From Elusimicrobiota bacterium (GTDB taxonomy: Bacteria > Elusimicrobiota > Elusimicrobia > Elusimicrobiales > UBA9959): a stretch of 46,103 bases of DNA. Below are positions 18,300 through 26,819 of the stretch, in pieces. Under the pieces are notes generated by a model. It was not told where the DNA came from and ran no database searches. It worked only from the letters and a program-made list of their open reading frames with translations. The stretch's first letter is position 1, and every line of letters starts with the position of its first letter. The stretch lies in assembly GCA_027340875.1 (NCBI GenBank), contig DAIENX010000016.1, forward strand, positions 1 through 46,103, in the 5' to 3' direction. The position numbers were made by a program, and so were the translations under genes.

Positions 18300-19577
18300 T
18301 CAGCGCTCCCCGCCCCGGTCCAGCCCGAACAAGGTCCTGACAGCGCTTATCTTCGCCAGCGTCTCCTCGTCCGTACCGTTCCCGCCGTTCTTGAGGCCGG
18401 TGATGGGAGCGTGCAGGATCCTGCCGAGGACCCGCCTGGTGACCACGTCCAGCAGCTCGCGGTCCCGCTCCCCGAAGCGGCCGGCGTGCTTCTCCACCTC
18501 GCTGCGGCGGATCTCCTCGAAGAGCTCCGTCAGCTCCCTGATCGTGGGACCGGCGGCGAGGGAGAGGTGCCAGCGGGTGAACGCGGCGAGCTCCTCCTCT
18601 ACGATAGTCCTCACCTTGGCGGCTTCGCGCGTCCGCTTGTCCAGGTTCTGGTCCACGATGCGCTGGAGGGCGTCGATATCGTGAAGGAAAACGTTGCCGA
18701 CCTCGTCCGCGAGCGGGTCGATATTGCGGGGGACCCCGATGTCGATAAGGAAGAGCGGGCCGCGGTCGCGCTCGCGTTCCCCCATGGCCCGGCGTACGTC
18801 CTCCGCCCTGAGAACGTAGTCCGGCGCGGAGACCGAGCTGATGACGATGTCGGCCCGGCGCAGGTGGGTGTGAAGGGCGTCGAAGTCCACCGCCGTGCCC
18901 CCCAGCTTCCCCGCGACCTCCTCCGCCTTGCCGCGCGTGCGGTTGGTTATCAGCAGGTCCCGGACGCCCCTGCCGGCGAGGTGCCTGCCGGTCAGTTCGC
19001 CCGTTTCCCCGGCCCCTATGAGAAGGACGCGTTTCTGGTCCAGGCGCTCGAAGATCTTAGCGGCCAGCTCGGCGGCGGCGAAGCTGACGGAGACGGCGCC
19101 CTCGCCTATCCCGGTCTCAGCGCGGCTGCGCTTCCCGACGTGGAACGCCGTCTGGAAGAGCCGGTTCAGGAGCAGCCCGCTGGTGGAAAGCTCCGCGGCG
19201 AGGGAGAAGGCGTCCTTCACCTGCCCCAGGATCTGCACGTCGCCCAGGACCATGGAGTCCAGGCCGGAGGCCAGCTCGAAGAGATGCTTCGCCGCCTCGC
19301 CGGAGCGGAGGGCGTAGAAATGCCCCGGGCGGGCCGCCTGCCGCGCCCCCTTGAAGTCCACCAGGAAATCCCGCAGCCGCTCCGGCCGCGGCTCGCCGGA
19401 CGGGGAGACGGCGTAGGCCTCGGTCCTGTTGCAGGTGGAGACCAGGACGCATTCGCTGAACGCGCCGCTGCGCAGCGCGGGCAGCGCCTCCCGGAGCTCC
19501 TCGCGCGAGAAGCAGAGCTTCTCGCGGACGTCTACGGGAGCGGTCCTGTGGTTGAGTCCGACGCAGAGAAGGTCCAT
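18300..19577 (-). CDS. hemA: Glutamyl-tRNA reductase
   Basis: GLNHRTAPVDVREK, STCNRTE, HLFELASGLDSMVLGDVQILGQVK, LIGAGETG, IDIGVPRNID. Confidence 0.97.
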   Translation of the reverse strand: MDLLCVGLNHRTAPVDVREKLCFSREELREALPALRSGAFSECVLVSTCNRTEAYAVSPSGEPRPERLRDFLVDFKGARQAARPGHFYALRSGEAAKHLFELASGLDSMVLGDVQILGQVKDAFSLAAELSTSGLLLNRLFQTAFHVGKRSRAETGIGEGAVSVSFAAAELAAKIFERLDQKRVLLIGAGETGELTGRHLAGRGVRDLLITNRTRGKAEEVAGKLGGTAVDFDALHTHLRRADIVISSVSAPDYVLRAEDVRRAMGERERDRGPLFLIDIGVPRNIDPLADEVGNVFLHDIDALQRIVDQNLDKRTREAAKVRTIVEEELAAFTRWHLSLAAGPTIRELTELFEEIRRSEVEKHAGRFGERDRELLDVVTRRVLGRILHAPITGLKNGGNGTDEETLAKISAVRTLFGLDRGGER

Positions 19578-19598
19578 GGTTTGGCCGGAGGAACGCGC

Positions 19599-20423
19599 TC
19601 AGCTGAAATTGTGGAAGCCGCGGAAAAAGAGATTTATGACGGTCATGGAGAGCAGGGCCAGGGCGAACCCCAGGATGGACAGGACGGCGAACTTCTTGCC
19701 GTACCAGCCCGCCGCCTCCCTCAGCCCGAGGCCGGCGCCGTACACCAGCCAGATGAGCGCGGTGCCGATGAGCTTCGGGTCCACGTAGGAATGCCCCGGG
19801 AACGCCCTGGCCAGCCACGCCATGCCGACCGCTATCGCCACGGTCAGGAAGAAAAAGCCCGTCGCCGTCGAGATGAAGCTCAGCCTTTCGAGTACCTCCA
19901 GGCTGGGCAGGCGCTCGTAGACGACGCCGAGCCGGCTGGACTTTATCTCGTGATAGAGCATCAGGTAGAGGAAGCCGTAGACGGCCGCGATCGCGAGCGC
20001 CGCGTAGCCGAGCAGCGCGCCGGAAACGTGTATCCCGAGAAGCCGGCTCTTCAGGACTGGATCCACGTCGGTCCTGTTCACGATCAGCAGCGAGGAGGCG
20101 AGCTGGAAGAGCAGCGGGAGACCGAGGATGAAACAGCCGGTGCCCTTCACCTTGGTCCAGTACTCCAGCAGGAAGTACGCGAGCGAAATGCTGAAGGCGA
20201 TGACCGAGAGTATCTCCGGAAGGCTGGTGATGGGCGGGTGTCCCAGAAAGACCGTCCGGGCGAGCAGATAAGTGAGATGGACGGAAAGCGCGGCGATAAG
20301 CAGCGGCGTCTTGGCGGTCTTCGCGACGGGGCTCGCGCTGAAGAACGCCCTGGCGTACGCCGCTACTGTTGCCAGGTAAAGGAGCGGCAGCAGAGCGTTC
20401 AACGCGGTTATTGCATGGTTCAT
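19599..20423 (-). CDS. Cytochrome c assembly family membrane protein, HemX/CcsA-like
   Basis: Multi-TM protein; IHV...LLGY, RLPSLEVLERL, DPK motifs; lacks the WGxxWxWD motif; directly upstream of hemA. ATG 20423 preferred over 20495. Confidence 0.82.
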   Translation of the reverse strand: MNHAITALNALLPLLYLATVAAYARAFFSASPVAKTAKTPLLIAALSVHLTYLLARTVFLGHPPITSLPEILSVIAFSISLAYFLLEYWTKVKGTGCFILGLPLLFQLASSLLIVNRTDVDPVLKSRLLGIHVSGALLGYAALAIAAVYGFLYLMLYHEIKSSRLGVVYERLPSLEVLERLSFISTATGFFFLTVAIAVGMAWLARAFPGHSYVDPKLIGTALIWLVYGAGLGLREAAGWYGKKFAVLSILGFALALLSMTVINLFFRGFHNFS

Positions 20424-20749
20424 TGCCGTGTGCCGTAACGAAAAAACATACTGACCGGCCGGTTCAAGTTTATGTAAATCGTGTGTCGAAGTCAAGGGAT
20501 AGGCCTGCCCCTGGATACGGGACCGGATGGGGGCTGCGCCGCGCGGCAGGGCGCTGTATCGGGAAGGACGGGGGGTCTTGGTCCTGGCGTCTCTGCCGGG
20601 AAATTTCCGCCTCCCTGCTATGGTATTTTCTGGAGAGTGTTTACATATTATAACGGGAAAGCCTCTTTATTAATGATTTATCTATATTATATATCAATGA
20701 AGGGGGTTGCGGGAAGCCAATTGTCATAATTTGGTCAAAAAACGCAGGG

Positions 20750-20765
20750 GTGGGGGTTTTCCCCC
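20750..20765. promoter_or_regulatory. Candidate upstream activator site GTGGGGGTTTTCCCCC
   Basis: Near-palindrome about 125 bp upstream of the -24/-12-like motif; similar to 12271-12286. Confidence 0.4.
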
Positions 20766-20873
20766 ATGGGCAGAGCCCCCGGTTTTCATCAAAGCGCGGC
20801 ATTCAGCTGGAAATAGGCTTGATGGACTTCAGATCTGCCGTTTCCCTATGAGAAATGCCGTCTTTGGCGGCTA

Positions 20874-20888
20874 TGGCAGGAATGCTGC
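20874..20888 (+). promoter_or_regulatory. Sigma-54-like -24/-12 element TGGCAGGAATGCTGC
   Basis: GG-N10-GC, upstream of the OmcE-like gene at 20969. Confidence 0.7.
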
Positions 20889-20968
20889 ACCAGTATTTGT
20901 GCAGTACCAGGCGGGTGTCTGGATTTTACAGGAAGAAAACAGCGAAAACGAAAATTATGGAGGAGATA

Positions 20969-21628
20969 ATGAAAAAGGCGAAAATCGCGGGTCTGCTGAT
21001 AGCGATCTGCGCGATAACCACCGGTGTACAGCCGCTTCATGCTGCCATTGCCGGTTCAAAGCACGACTTCCGCCAGACCGGCGGTGGTTTTCCGATAACC
21101 GGCGTCACCGAGATGTGCGTGACCTGCCATGTGCCGCACAGGCCTCTGGTCAATGTTCCCCTGTGGAATCACTCGATCAGCTCGTATACCTACACGCTCT
21201 ACAACCAGAACGCCGAGTACGCTTCCGGCAACAGCGCGGCTTACGACGCTTCCCCCAGCGGCCTGCAGAACTCCAAGTCCAGGCTGTGCATGTCCTGCCA
21301 TGACGGTTCCGTCGCCGTGGCCAGCTCGGTGAAGATACAGAGCGCTTCCAACAACTGGATCCTCTGGGACAACGGCGCGGCCGTGGCCAACGGCTCCGGC
21401 ACCGGCAACACCGGCATGAAGGGCTCCCACCCCGTGGCCGTCAACTACGCCACCGTGCAGACCGCCAACCCCACTGATTACGTGGCGGCCGCCAGCCTCG
21501 TGGACGTGAAACTCGACGCCGGCAAAGTGCAGTGCACCACCTGCCACAACCCGCACAACAAGTACAACAAGATGCTCGTGGCGGACAACGCCGGCAGCGC
21601 GCTGTGCCTTAAGTGCCACATAAAGTAA
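20969..21628 (+). CDS. Tetraheme OmcE-family extracellular cytochrome c (copy 2; candidate major filament subunit)
   Basis: AIAGSKHDF...CVTCHVPH...VPLWNH...SRLCMSCHDG...HPV...VQCTTCHNPH...AGSALCLKCHIK; strong GGAGGAG RBS; strongly C-ending codons. Confidence 0.9.
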   Translation: MKKAKIAGLLIAICAITTGVQPLHAAIAGSKHDFRQTGGGFPITGVTEMCVTCHVPHRPLVNVPLWNHSISSYTYTLYNQNAEYASGNSAAYDASPSGLQNSKSRLCMSCHDGSVAVASSVKIQSASNNWILWDNGAAVANGSGTGNTGMKGSHPVAVNYATVQTANPTDYVAAASLVDVKLDAGKVQCTTCHNPHNKYNKMLVADNAGSALCLKCHIK

Positions 21629-21663
21629 AGGGTATAGCGGGTCCCCTGAGGGCCTGACAGTAC

Positions 21664-21700
21664 ATAAGACGCCGGGCGCCACACACGCCCGGCGGCTTAT
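21664..21700 (+). terminator. Stem-loop after OmcE-like copy 2 (attenuator or mRNA stabiliser, weak U tract)
   Basis: ATAAGaCGCCGGGCG-ccacaca-CGCCCGGCGgCTTAT inverted repeat. Confidence 0.55.
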
Positions 21701-21788
21701 TGAAGGGGGCGATGTTTACGCGGGAGGACGAAAAGGTATAATTTATCCGGGTTTTTTCCGGCCGGATGTCCGGAGCCCGCTGATCAGG

Positions 21789-22811
21789 ATGAAAAAACTG
21801 CTGCTCTGTCTTCTTCTTGTCCCGCTTGCCATCGGCCCGGCCGCGGCCGGGGAGAAGCCGGTCTGGCCGGCTCCGCCGGACAAGCCGCGTATAGAGTATC
21901 TGGAAACCCTGACGGCCGGCAAGAGGGCGGACGGAAAGCGCGGGAAATTCGGGAAAATGCTGGATTTCCTGCTGGGCGTGGTGTCGGGCGGCCGCTCCGA
22001 GCAGGAGTTCTTGCGGCCTACCGGCATATGGGTCACCGAGAACGCGGTTTTCGTCGCGGATCCGGGCGTCGGCCGCGTCATGGTGCGCGACAAGGCTTCC
22101 GGGAAGTCCCGTTGGGTGCCGTCCGCCAGGCGGCACAGGATGCCGTTCCCGGTGGGCGTGGCGGTAGCGCCGGACGGCAGGCTTTTCGTAAGCGATCCGG
22201 AGCTGGGAGGGGTTTCGGTCTTTGATCCGGAAGGAAAGCCCCTTCCCGGGCTGGCGGCGCCTCCGCAGGGGTTCCAGCGCCCTACCGGCCTGGCCCTGGA
22301 CGCGAAGCTCTCGCGGCTCTACGTGTCCGACACCGGCACGCATTCCGTTTCCGCCTACGGCCTGGATGGCCGCTATCTTTTCACTTTCGGAGGCCGGGGC
22401 GGCGGCGCCGGGGAGCTGAACTACCCCACCTATCTCTGGGCCGACTCCGGCACCGGGAGGGTGCTGGTCTGTGATTCCGGGAATTTCCGGGTCAGGATAT
22501 TCGACCCGGAGGGCAAGCCCGCCGGAGGTTTCGGGGAGATGGGCGACAGGCCCGGGTATCTGGCCAGGCCCAGAGGCATAGCCGCCGATTCTGACGGCGA
22601 CGTCTATTCGGTCGACGGGGCGCTGGAGGCGGTGCAGATCTTCGACGAAAAGGGCCGGCTGCTGCTGTACTTCGGGGAGAGCGGCGGCGCGCCGGGTTAT
22701 TTCTCGATGCCGGGAGGGATATTCGTGGACGGACAGGACAGGATATACGTGGCGGATTCGTTCAACTCCCGGGTGCAGGTTTTCCAGTACCTCAAGGCGG
22801 ACGCACGATGA
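21789..22811 (+). CDS. Exported NHL-repeat beta-propeller (copy 4)
   Basis: VWPAPPDKPRI, NHL repeats, RVQVFQYLK; closest to copy 3 (shared NYPTYLWAD, CDSGNFRV). Confidence 0.92.
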   Translation: MKKLLLCLLLVPLAIGPAAAGEKPVWPAPPDKPRIEYLETLTAGKRADGKRGKFGKMLDFLLGVVSGGRSEQEFLRPTGIWVTENAVFVADPGVGRVMVRDKASGKSRWVPSARRHRMPFPVGVAVAPDGRLFVSDPELGGVSVFDPEGKPLPGLAAPPQGFQRPTGLALDAKLSRLYVSDTGTHSVSAYGLDGRYLFTFGGRGGGAGELNYPTYLWADSGTGRVLVCDSGNFRVRIFDPEGKPAGGFGEMGDRPGYLARPRGIAADSDGDVYSVDGALEAVQIFDEKGRLLLYFGESGGAPGYFSMPGGIFVDGQDRIYVADSFNSRVQVFQYLKADAR

Positions 22812-24715
22812 GCGCGCTTTCCAGGACCATACTTTTCCCGGCGGCCTTGCTGGCCTTCGCCGCGGCCCCGTGCCGCGCAGCCTCCATAGTGAACTCCAAG
22901 CACGACATGTCCTCGCTGTCGGCCACCACCGGGCCCAAGTCGCTCTCCACCAGCGAGCGCTGCGTTTTCTGCCATACTCCGCACAGGGCCGGCGTGAACG
23001 TGCCGCTCTGGAACCAGTCGGTCACCACCCAGACCTTCACTTTCTATTCCTCCAACTACGTCAACACCTACCTGGGCATGGCCGTCCCGACCATGGCGAA
23101 GCTGGCCGGCTCCCGCACCAAGCTCTGCCTCTCCTGCCACGACGGCATGACCGCGCCCGGCAGCGTGTTCAATCTGGGCGGGACCGGCGGCCGGCTGAAC
23201 ATGAGCGGTCCGCTGGGCTCCGCTTCCACCCTCGGCGTGAACCTGGCCGACGACCACCCGGTCCTTTACGGCGTAAACCCGGGCGCGGGTCCCCCGGTCC
23301 AGCCGGGGACCGACCCCGAGATACAGCTGCCGCCCGCCGGGGACAAGGTAAAGGTGTACGGCGCGGAGAACCTGGTGGAATGCACCTCCTGCCATAACCC
23401 GCACGATAACCAATACGGCCATTTCCTGGTCAAGTCCAACGCCAACGGCGCGCTCTGCACCACCTGCCATTACAAGACCGGCTTCTCCGCCAGCGCGCAT
23501 AAGCTGTCGGCCGTCTCCTATACTCCGCCCGGGGAGAGCCCCACCACCGTGGGCGAGTGGGCCTGCCGCGACTGCCACCGTTCGCACGGGGCGTCCTCGG
23601 TGCAGGCTTACCTGCTGAGCGGCGCGGAAGAGGCCACTTGTTACGCCTGCCACGGCAATCCGCCGCTTACCGGGGCCAGGAACCTGAAACTTACCGTAGG
23701 CAAAGCCTACAAGCACCCGGTTGAGACCGTCTCCGGCAGGCACAAGGACCCGGAGACGGATGGCGCCAATTTTACGTATTCGCCGCTCAACAACAGGCAT
23801 GCGGAATGCCAGGACTGCCATAATCCGCATCAGGCCAAGTCCGGCACGCATGTCGCCCCGACCAACGTCATTTCCAGCGTCCTGCTGGGCCAGTGGGGCG
23901 TGGAACCGGCCTACGGCACGGCCAGCTGGACGCAGCCCACCAGCTATTCCAGGAAGGTATTCGCCGACACGCTGAACTACAGGGAATACCAGCTCTGTCT
24001 CAAATGCCATTCCTCGTACGCGTTCGGGACTACGCCCCCGCCCGGAATAACGGACCAGTCGATAGAACTGAGCATAAATAACCGCGGCGCCCATCCGGTG
24101 ATACGGGGGCTTAACAGCCAGACCGGCAGCACCAGCCCCAAGCCGCTGGCGGCCAACCAGCTTTCCAGCCCCTGGTCCGCCGCGCGCGGAACGCAGACCA
24201 TGTACTGCTCGGACTGCCACGGCCCGGACAGCACAACGGATCCCAAGGGTCCGCACGGTTCCGCCGGAGAACACATCTTGTCCGGGCCGAACGTCTACTG
24301 GCCCAGGAAACCCGGGGGGGCGCTCTACACTCTGGACGACTTCCCCGGGGGGAACAACTCCGGCGCCAACACCTCGGCCGGCCTGTTCTGCCTGAACTGC
24401 CACCCGATGTACTCCGGAACCAGTTTCTTCAACAACGTCCACATGGAGCATAATCAGAAGAATCAGGGCGTTACTCATGCCTGCGTCGGCTGCCATCAGG
24501 TGATCCCGCACGGCTCAAAACGCTCCCGGCTTATAGGCTATGCCTCCGACCAGGCGCCTTACAACTATAACGGGACGGGGGCGTTCGATAAGCTGGTCCT
24601 GTCCGGGTTCAAGAAGGCGACCAGCCCTACCGGTTATGTGAAAACGAACTGCTACGCTCCTGTTTCCGGTTGCAGCAGCGAGCACGGGATCAACTCGGGC
24701 GGATATGATCCATGA
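22808..24715 (+). CDS. 11-heme cytochrome c with N-terminal OmcE-like tetraheme domain (copy 2)
   Basis: SIVNSKHDMSS...CVFCHTPH...VPLWN...CLSCHDG...NLADDHPV...VECTSCHNPHDN; 11 CxxCH; paralog of 14223-16103. Confidence 0.92.
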   Translation: MSALSRTILFPAALLAFAAAPCRAASIVNSKHDMSSLSATTGPKSLSTSERCVFCHTPHRAGVNVPLWNQSVTTQTFTFYSSNYVNTYLGMAVPTMAKLAGSRTKLCLSCHDGMTAPGSVFNLGGTGGRLNMSGPLGSASTLGVNLADDHPVLYGVNPGAGPPVQPGTDPEIQLPPAGDKVKVYGAENLVECTSCHNPHDNQYGHFLVKSNANGALCTTCHYKTGFSASAHKLSAVSYTPPGESPTTVGEWACRDCHRSHGASSVQAYLLSGAEEATCYACHGNPPLTGARNLKLTVGKAYKHPVETVSGRHKDPETDGANFTYSPLNNRHAECQDCHNPHQAKSGTHVAPTNVISSVLLGQWGVEPAYGTASWTQPTSYSRKVFADTLNYREYQLCLKCHSSYAFGTTPPPGITDQSIELSINNRGAHPVIRGLNSQTGSTSPKPLAANQLSSPWSAARGTQTMYCSDCHGPDSTTDPKGPHGSAGEHILSGPNVYWPRKPGGALYTLDDFPGGNNSGANTSAGLFCLNCHPMYSGTSFFNNVHMEHNQKNQGVTHACVGCHQVIPHGSKRSRLIGYASDQAPYNYNGTGAFDKLVLSGFKKATSPTGYVKTNCYAPVSGCSSEHGINSGGYDP

Positions 24716-26007
24716 GAAAGCTGCTGGTCTCGCCCCGCACGGCGCTGGCGCTGATGGGGGCGATAGCGGCGGCCTGCTGCGCGGCTTCCTTCGTGCCGCA
24801 GATAGCCGACAGCAGCCCGGCCGTTATCGGGGCTTGGAGGAGTGCCAGCCCGCTGACTTACCGGCTGGCCGGGGTCCTGCGGCTTGACAGGATATATACT
24901 TCTCCATGGTTCCTGCTGCTGGTAGCCGCGGCCGGCGTGGTGCTTGCCTATTCGGTCCGGCTGCAGTTCCGCGGCTGCCTTTCCGGCCTGGCCGGGAGCG
25001 GCGCGCCGGCGGTCCAGTTCCCGGGCCAGGGGCGCTTGTCCGCGGCGCTGTCAGCCAGAGGGTATTCCATGCTTCCGGCATCGGCAGGAGAGGCCCGTTT
25101 CGCGGCCAACAGGCCTGGTCGGTGGGGCTCGCCTGTCTTTCATCTCGGGCTGCTGCTGGTGATAGTCGCCGCCTTCCTGACGTTCGCGTTCCAGCAGAGA
25201 GGCTTCGTGCAGCTGATAGAGGGCGAGGTCTTCGACGGCGCCGCCGCCGATTTCCTTACCGTGAACAATGGGCCGCTGGCCGGCCGCTTTTTGGTGCCGT
25301 TCAGCCTGCGCATGAACAAACTGGAGCAGGCATACTGGGGGAACGGACAACCCAGGGATTTCGGCAGCCGGGTGGACTTCCTGGAGGAAAGCGGCAGGCC
25401 GGCGCCGGCTCTGATCTCGGTAAACAACCCCTTCCGCCGGCGCGGCGTGACGGTGTACCAGTCGCCCTATTACGGCTACAGCGTGTCGCTGGCGCTGAAA
25501 AGACCGGCCGGCGCGGAAACGCTGACGCATTTCCTGCTGGACAGGGCCGCCGTCCCTTCGAGGCCTGCGGTCGGTGGGGCGGATTTCCCCGGTACGGGCT
25601 ATCTTTTCTGGCTCGAATTCCTGCCGGACGCGGCCGGACGGTCGTTCTTCGTGAAGGACCCGGTACTGAAGGCCCGCGTGACGGAAGGCGGCCGCGTGGT
25701 CTTCGACGGCCCCGTTCCGATGGACGGCACGGTGCGGGTCGGAGCGGATTCCCTGCGCGTGGCGGCCGTACGCGGCTGGAGCGGGCTCGTGTTCGTCCGC
25801 GACAGGTGGCAGGGGCTGGCGTACGCGGGACTGGGGCTTTGCGTCCTGGGGGCCGCGCTGATGTTCCTGCTGCCGTATCGCGAGCTGGCCGTGGCGCTTC
25901 CGGACGCCGGCGAAGCTGTGGTCCGGGCGGTTTCGGGCAGGGAGATGGACCTGCTGCGTGAAGAGGCGCGCGACATAGAGGCTGAACTTAAAAAATGGAA
26001 GGAATGA
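24712..26007 (+). CDS. resB: Cytochrome c biogenesis protein ResB/CcsB-like (system II)
   Basis: IYTSPWF, FHLGLLLVIV, ISVNNPF...VYQ motifs, C-terminal TM; coupled to ccsA. Confidence 0.85.
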   Translation: MRKLLVSPRTALALMGAIAAACCAASFVPQIADSSPAVIGAWRSASPLTYRLAGVLRLDRIYTSPWFLLLVAAAGVVLAYSVRLQFRGCLSGLAGSGAPAVQFPGQGRLSAALSARGYSMLPASAGEARFAANRPGRWGSPVFHLGLLLVIVAAFLTFAFQQRGFVQLIEGEVFDGAAADFLTVNNGPLAGRFLVPFSLRMNKLEQAYWGNGQPRDFGSRVDFLEESGRPAPALISVNNPFRRRGVTVYQSPYYGYSVSLALKRPAGAETLTHFLLDRAAVPSRPAVGGADFPGTGYLFWLEFLPDAAGRSFFVKDPVLKARVTEGGRVVFDGPVPMDGTVRVGADSLRVAAVRGWSGLVFVRDRWQGLAYAGLGLCVLGAALMFLLPYRELAVALPDAGEAVVRAVSGREMDLLREEARDIEAELKKWKE

Positions 26008-26819
26008 CCCCTCTTAAGGCCGGGATACTGCTGCACTGGGCCGCGGTGACGCTCTATATACTCTCTACGGTGGCCTACGCGGCCGCAGCGACTTTTTCCC
26101 GTGAGAGCCTGCTGAAGAAGGGCTGGTGGCTGGCGCTGGCCGGACTTCTGCCGCACAGCGCCGCCCTGGCGCTGCGCTGGTACGCCACCGGGCACGGCCC
26201 GTACATGGCGAAATACGAGGTGTTCTCTTCCAACGCCTGGGTGGCCGTACTCATGTTCCTGGTATTCTCCAAAAAGATACCGCGCCTCAGGGCGGCCGGT
26301 TACGTGGTGCTGCCCGCTTCCTTCCTGATGATGACGGCAGGCTTGTTCACAAGCCCGGAGCTGCGTTTTCTGCCGCCGTCGCTCAGGAGCTTCTGGCTGG
26401 TGCTGCATACGGTGTTCGCCAAACTGGCCGTCGGAGGCATACTCATCGCGGTGGGGGCCTCCATCCTGTACCTGGTCAGGGAAAGGAAGGGCGGCGCGGA
26501 GGCGGCCTCCCTCCCGGCGCTGGACGACTATGCCGGCCGTTTCGCCGGCTTCGGCTTCATTTTCTGGACCATCATGACGGCCGCCGGCGCCATCTGGGCC
26601 AATGAGACCTGGGGCCGCTACTGGGGCTGGGACCCCATAGAGACCTGGTCCCTCATCACCTGGCTGCTTTTCGGCTCCTACCTGCACGGCCGCCGCTCCC
26701 TGGGCTGGCGCGGCGGGAAGGCCGCCTGGGTATTGCTCGGCTGCTTTGTCCTGTCGCTGGCCACGGTGTTCGTCATCCCGTTCGTCTTCGACACGCTCCA
26801 CGGGGAGTACTTCAGATGA
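26004..26819 (+). CDS. ccsA: Cytochrome c biogenesis protein CcsA/ResC (system II heme lyase)
   Basis: GAIWANETWGRYWGWDPIETWSLITW WWD motif, WLVLH, terminal LH. ATG 26004 overlaps the resB stop; 25995 is also possible. Confidence 0.93.
   Translation: MTPLKAGILLHWAAVTLYILSTVAYAAAATFSRESLLKKGWWLALAGLLPHSAALALRWYATGHGPYMAKYEVFSSNAWVAVLMFLVFSKKIPRLRAAGYVVLPASFLMMTAGLFTSPELRFLPPSLRSFWLVLHTVFAKLAVGGILIAVGASILYLVRERKGGAEAASLPALDDYAGRFAGFGFIFWTIMTAAGAIWANETWGRYWGWDPIETWSLITWLLFGSYLHGRRSLGWRGGKAAWVLLGCFVLSLATVFVIPFVFDTLHGEYFR

Noticed and set aside
20620..20745. IHF, FNR or Fur site in the AT-rich intergenic stretch
   Set aside because: Only half-matches (TATCAA) are present; no full consensus.
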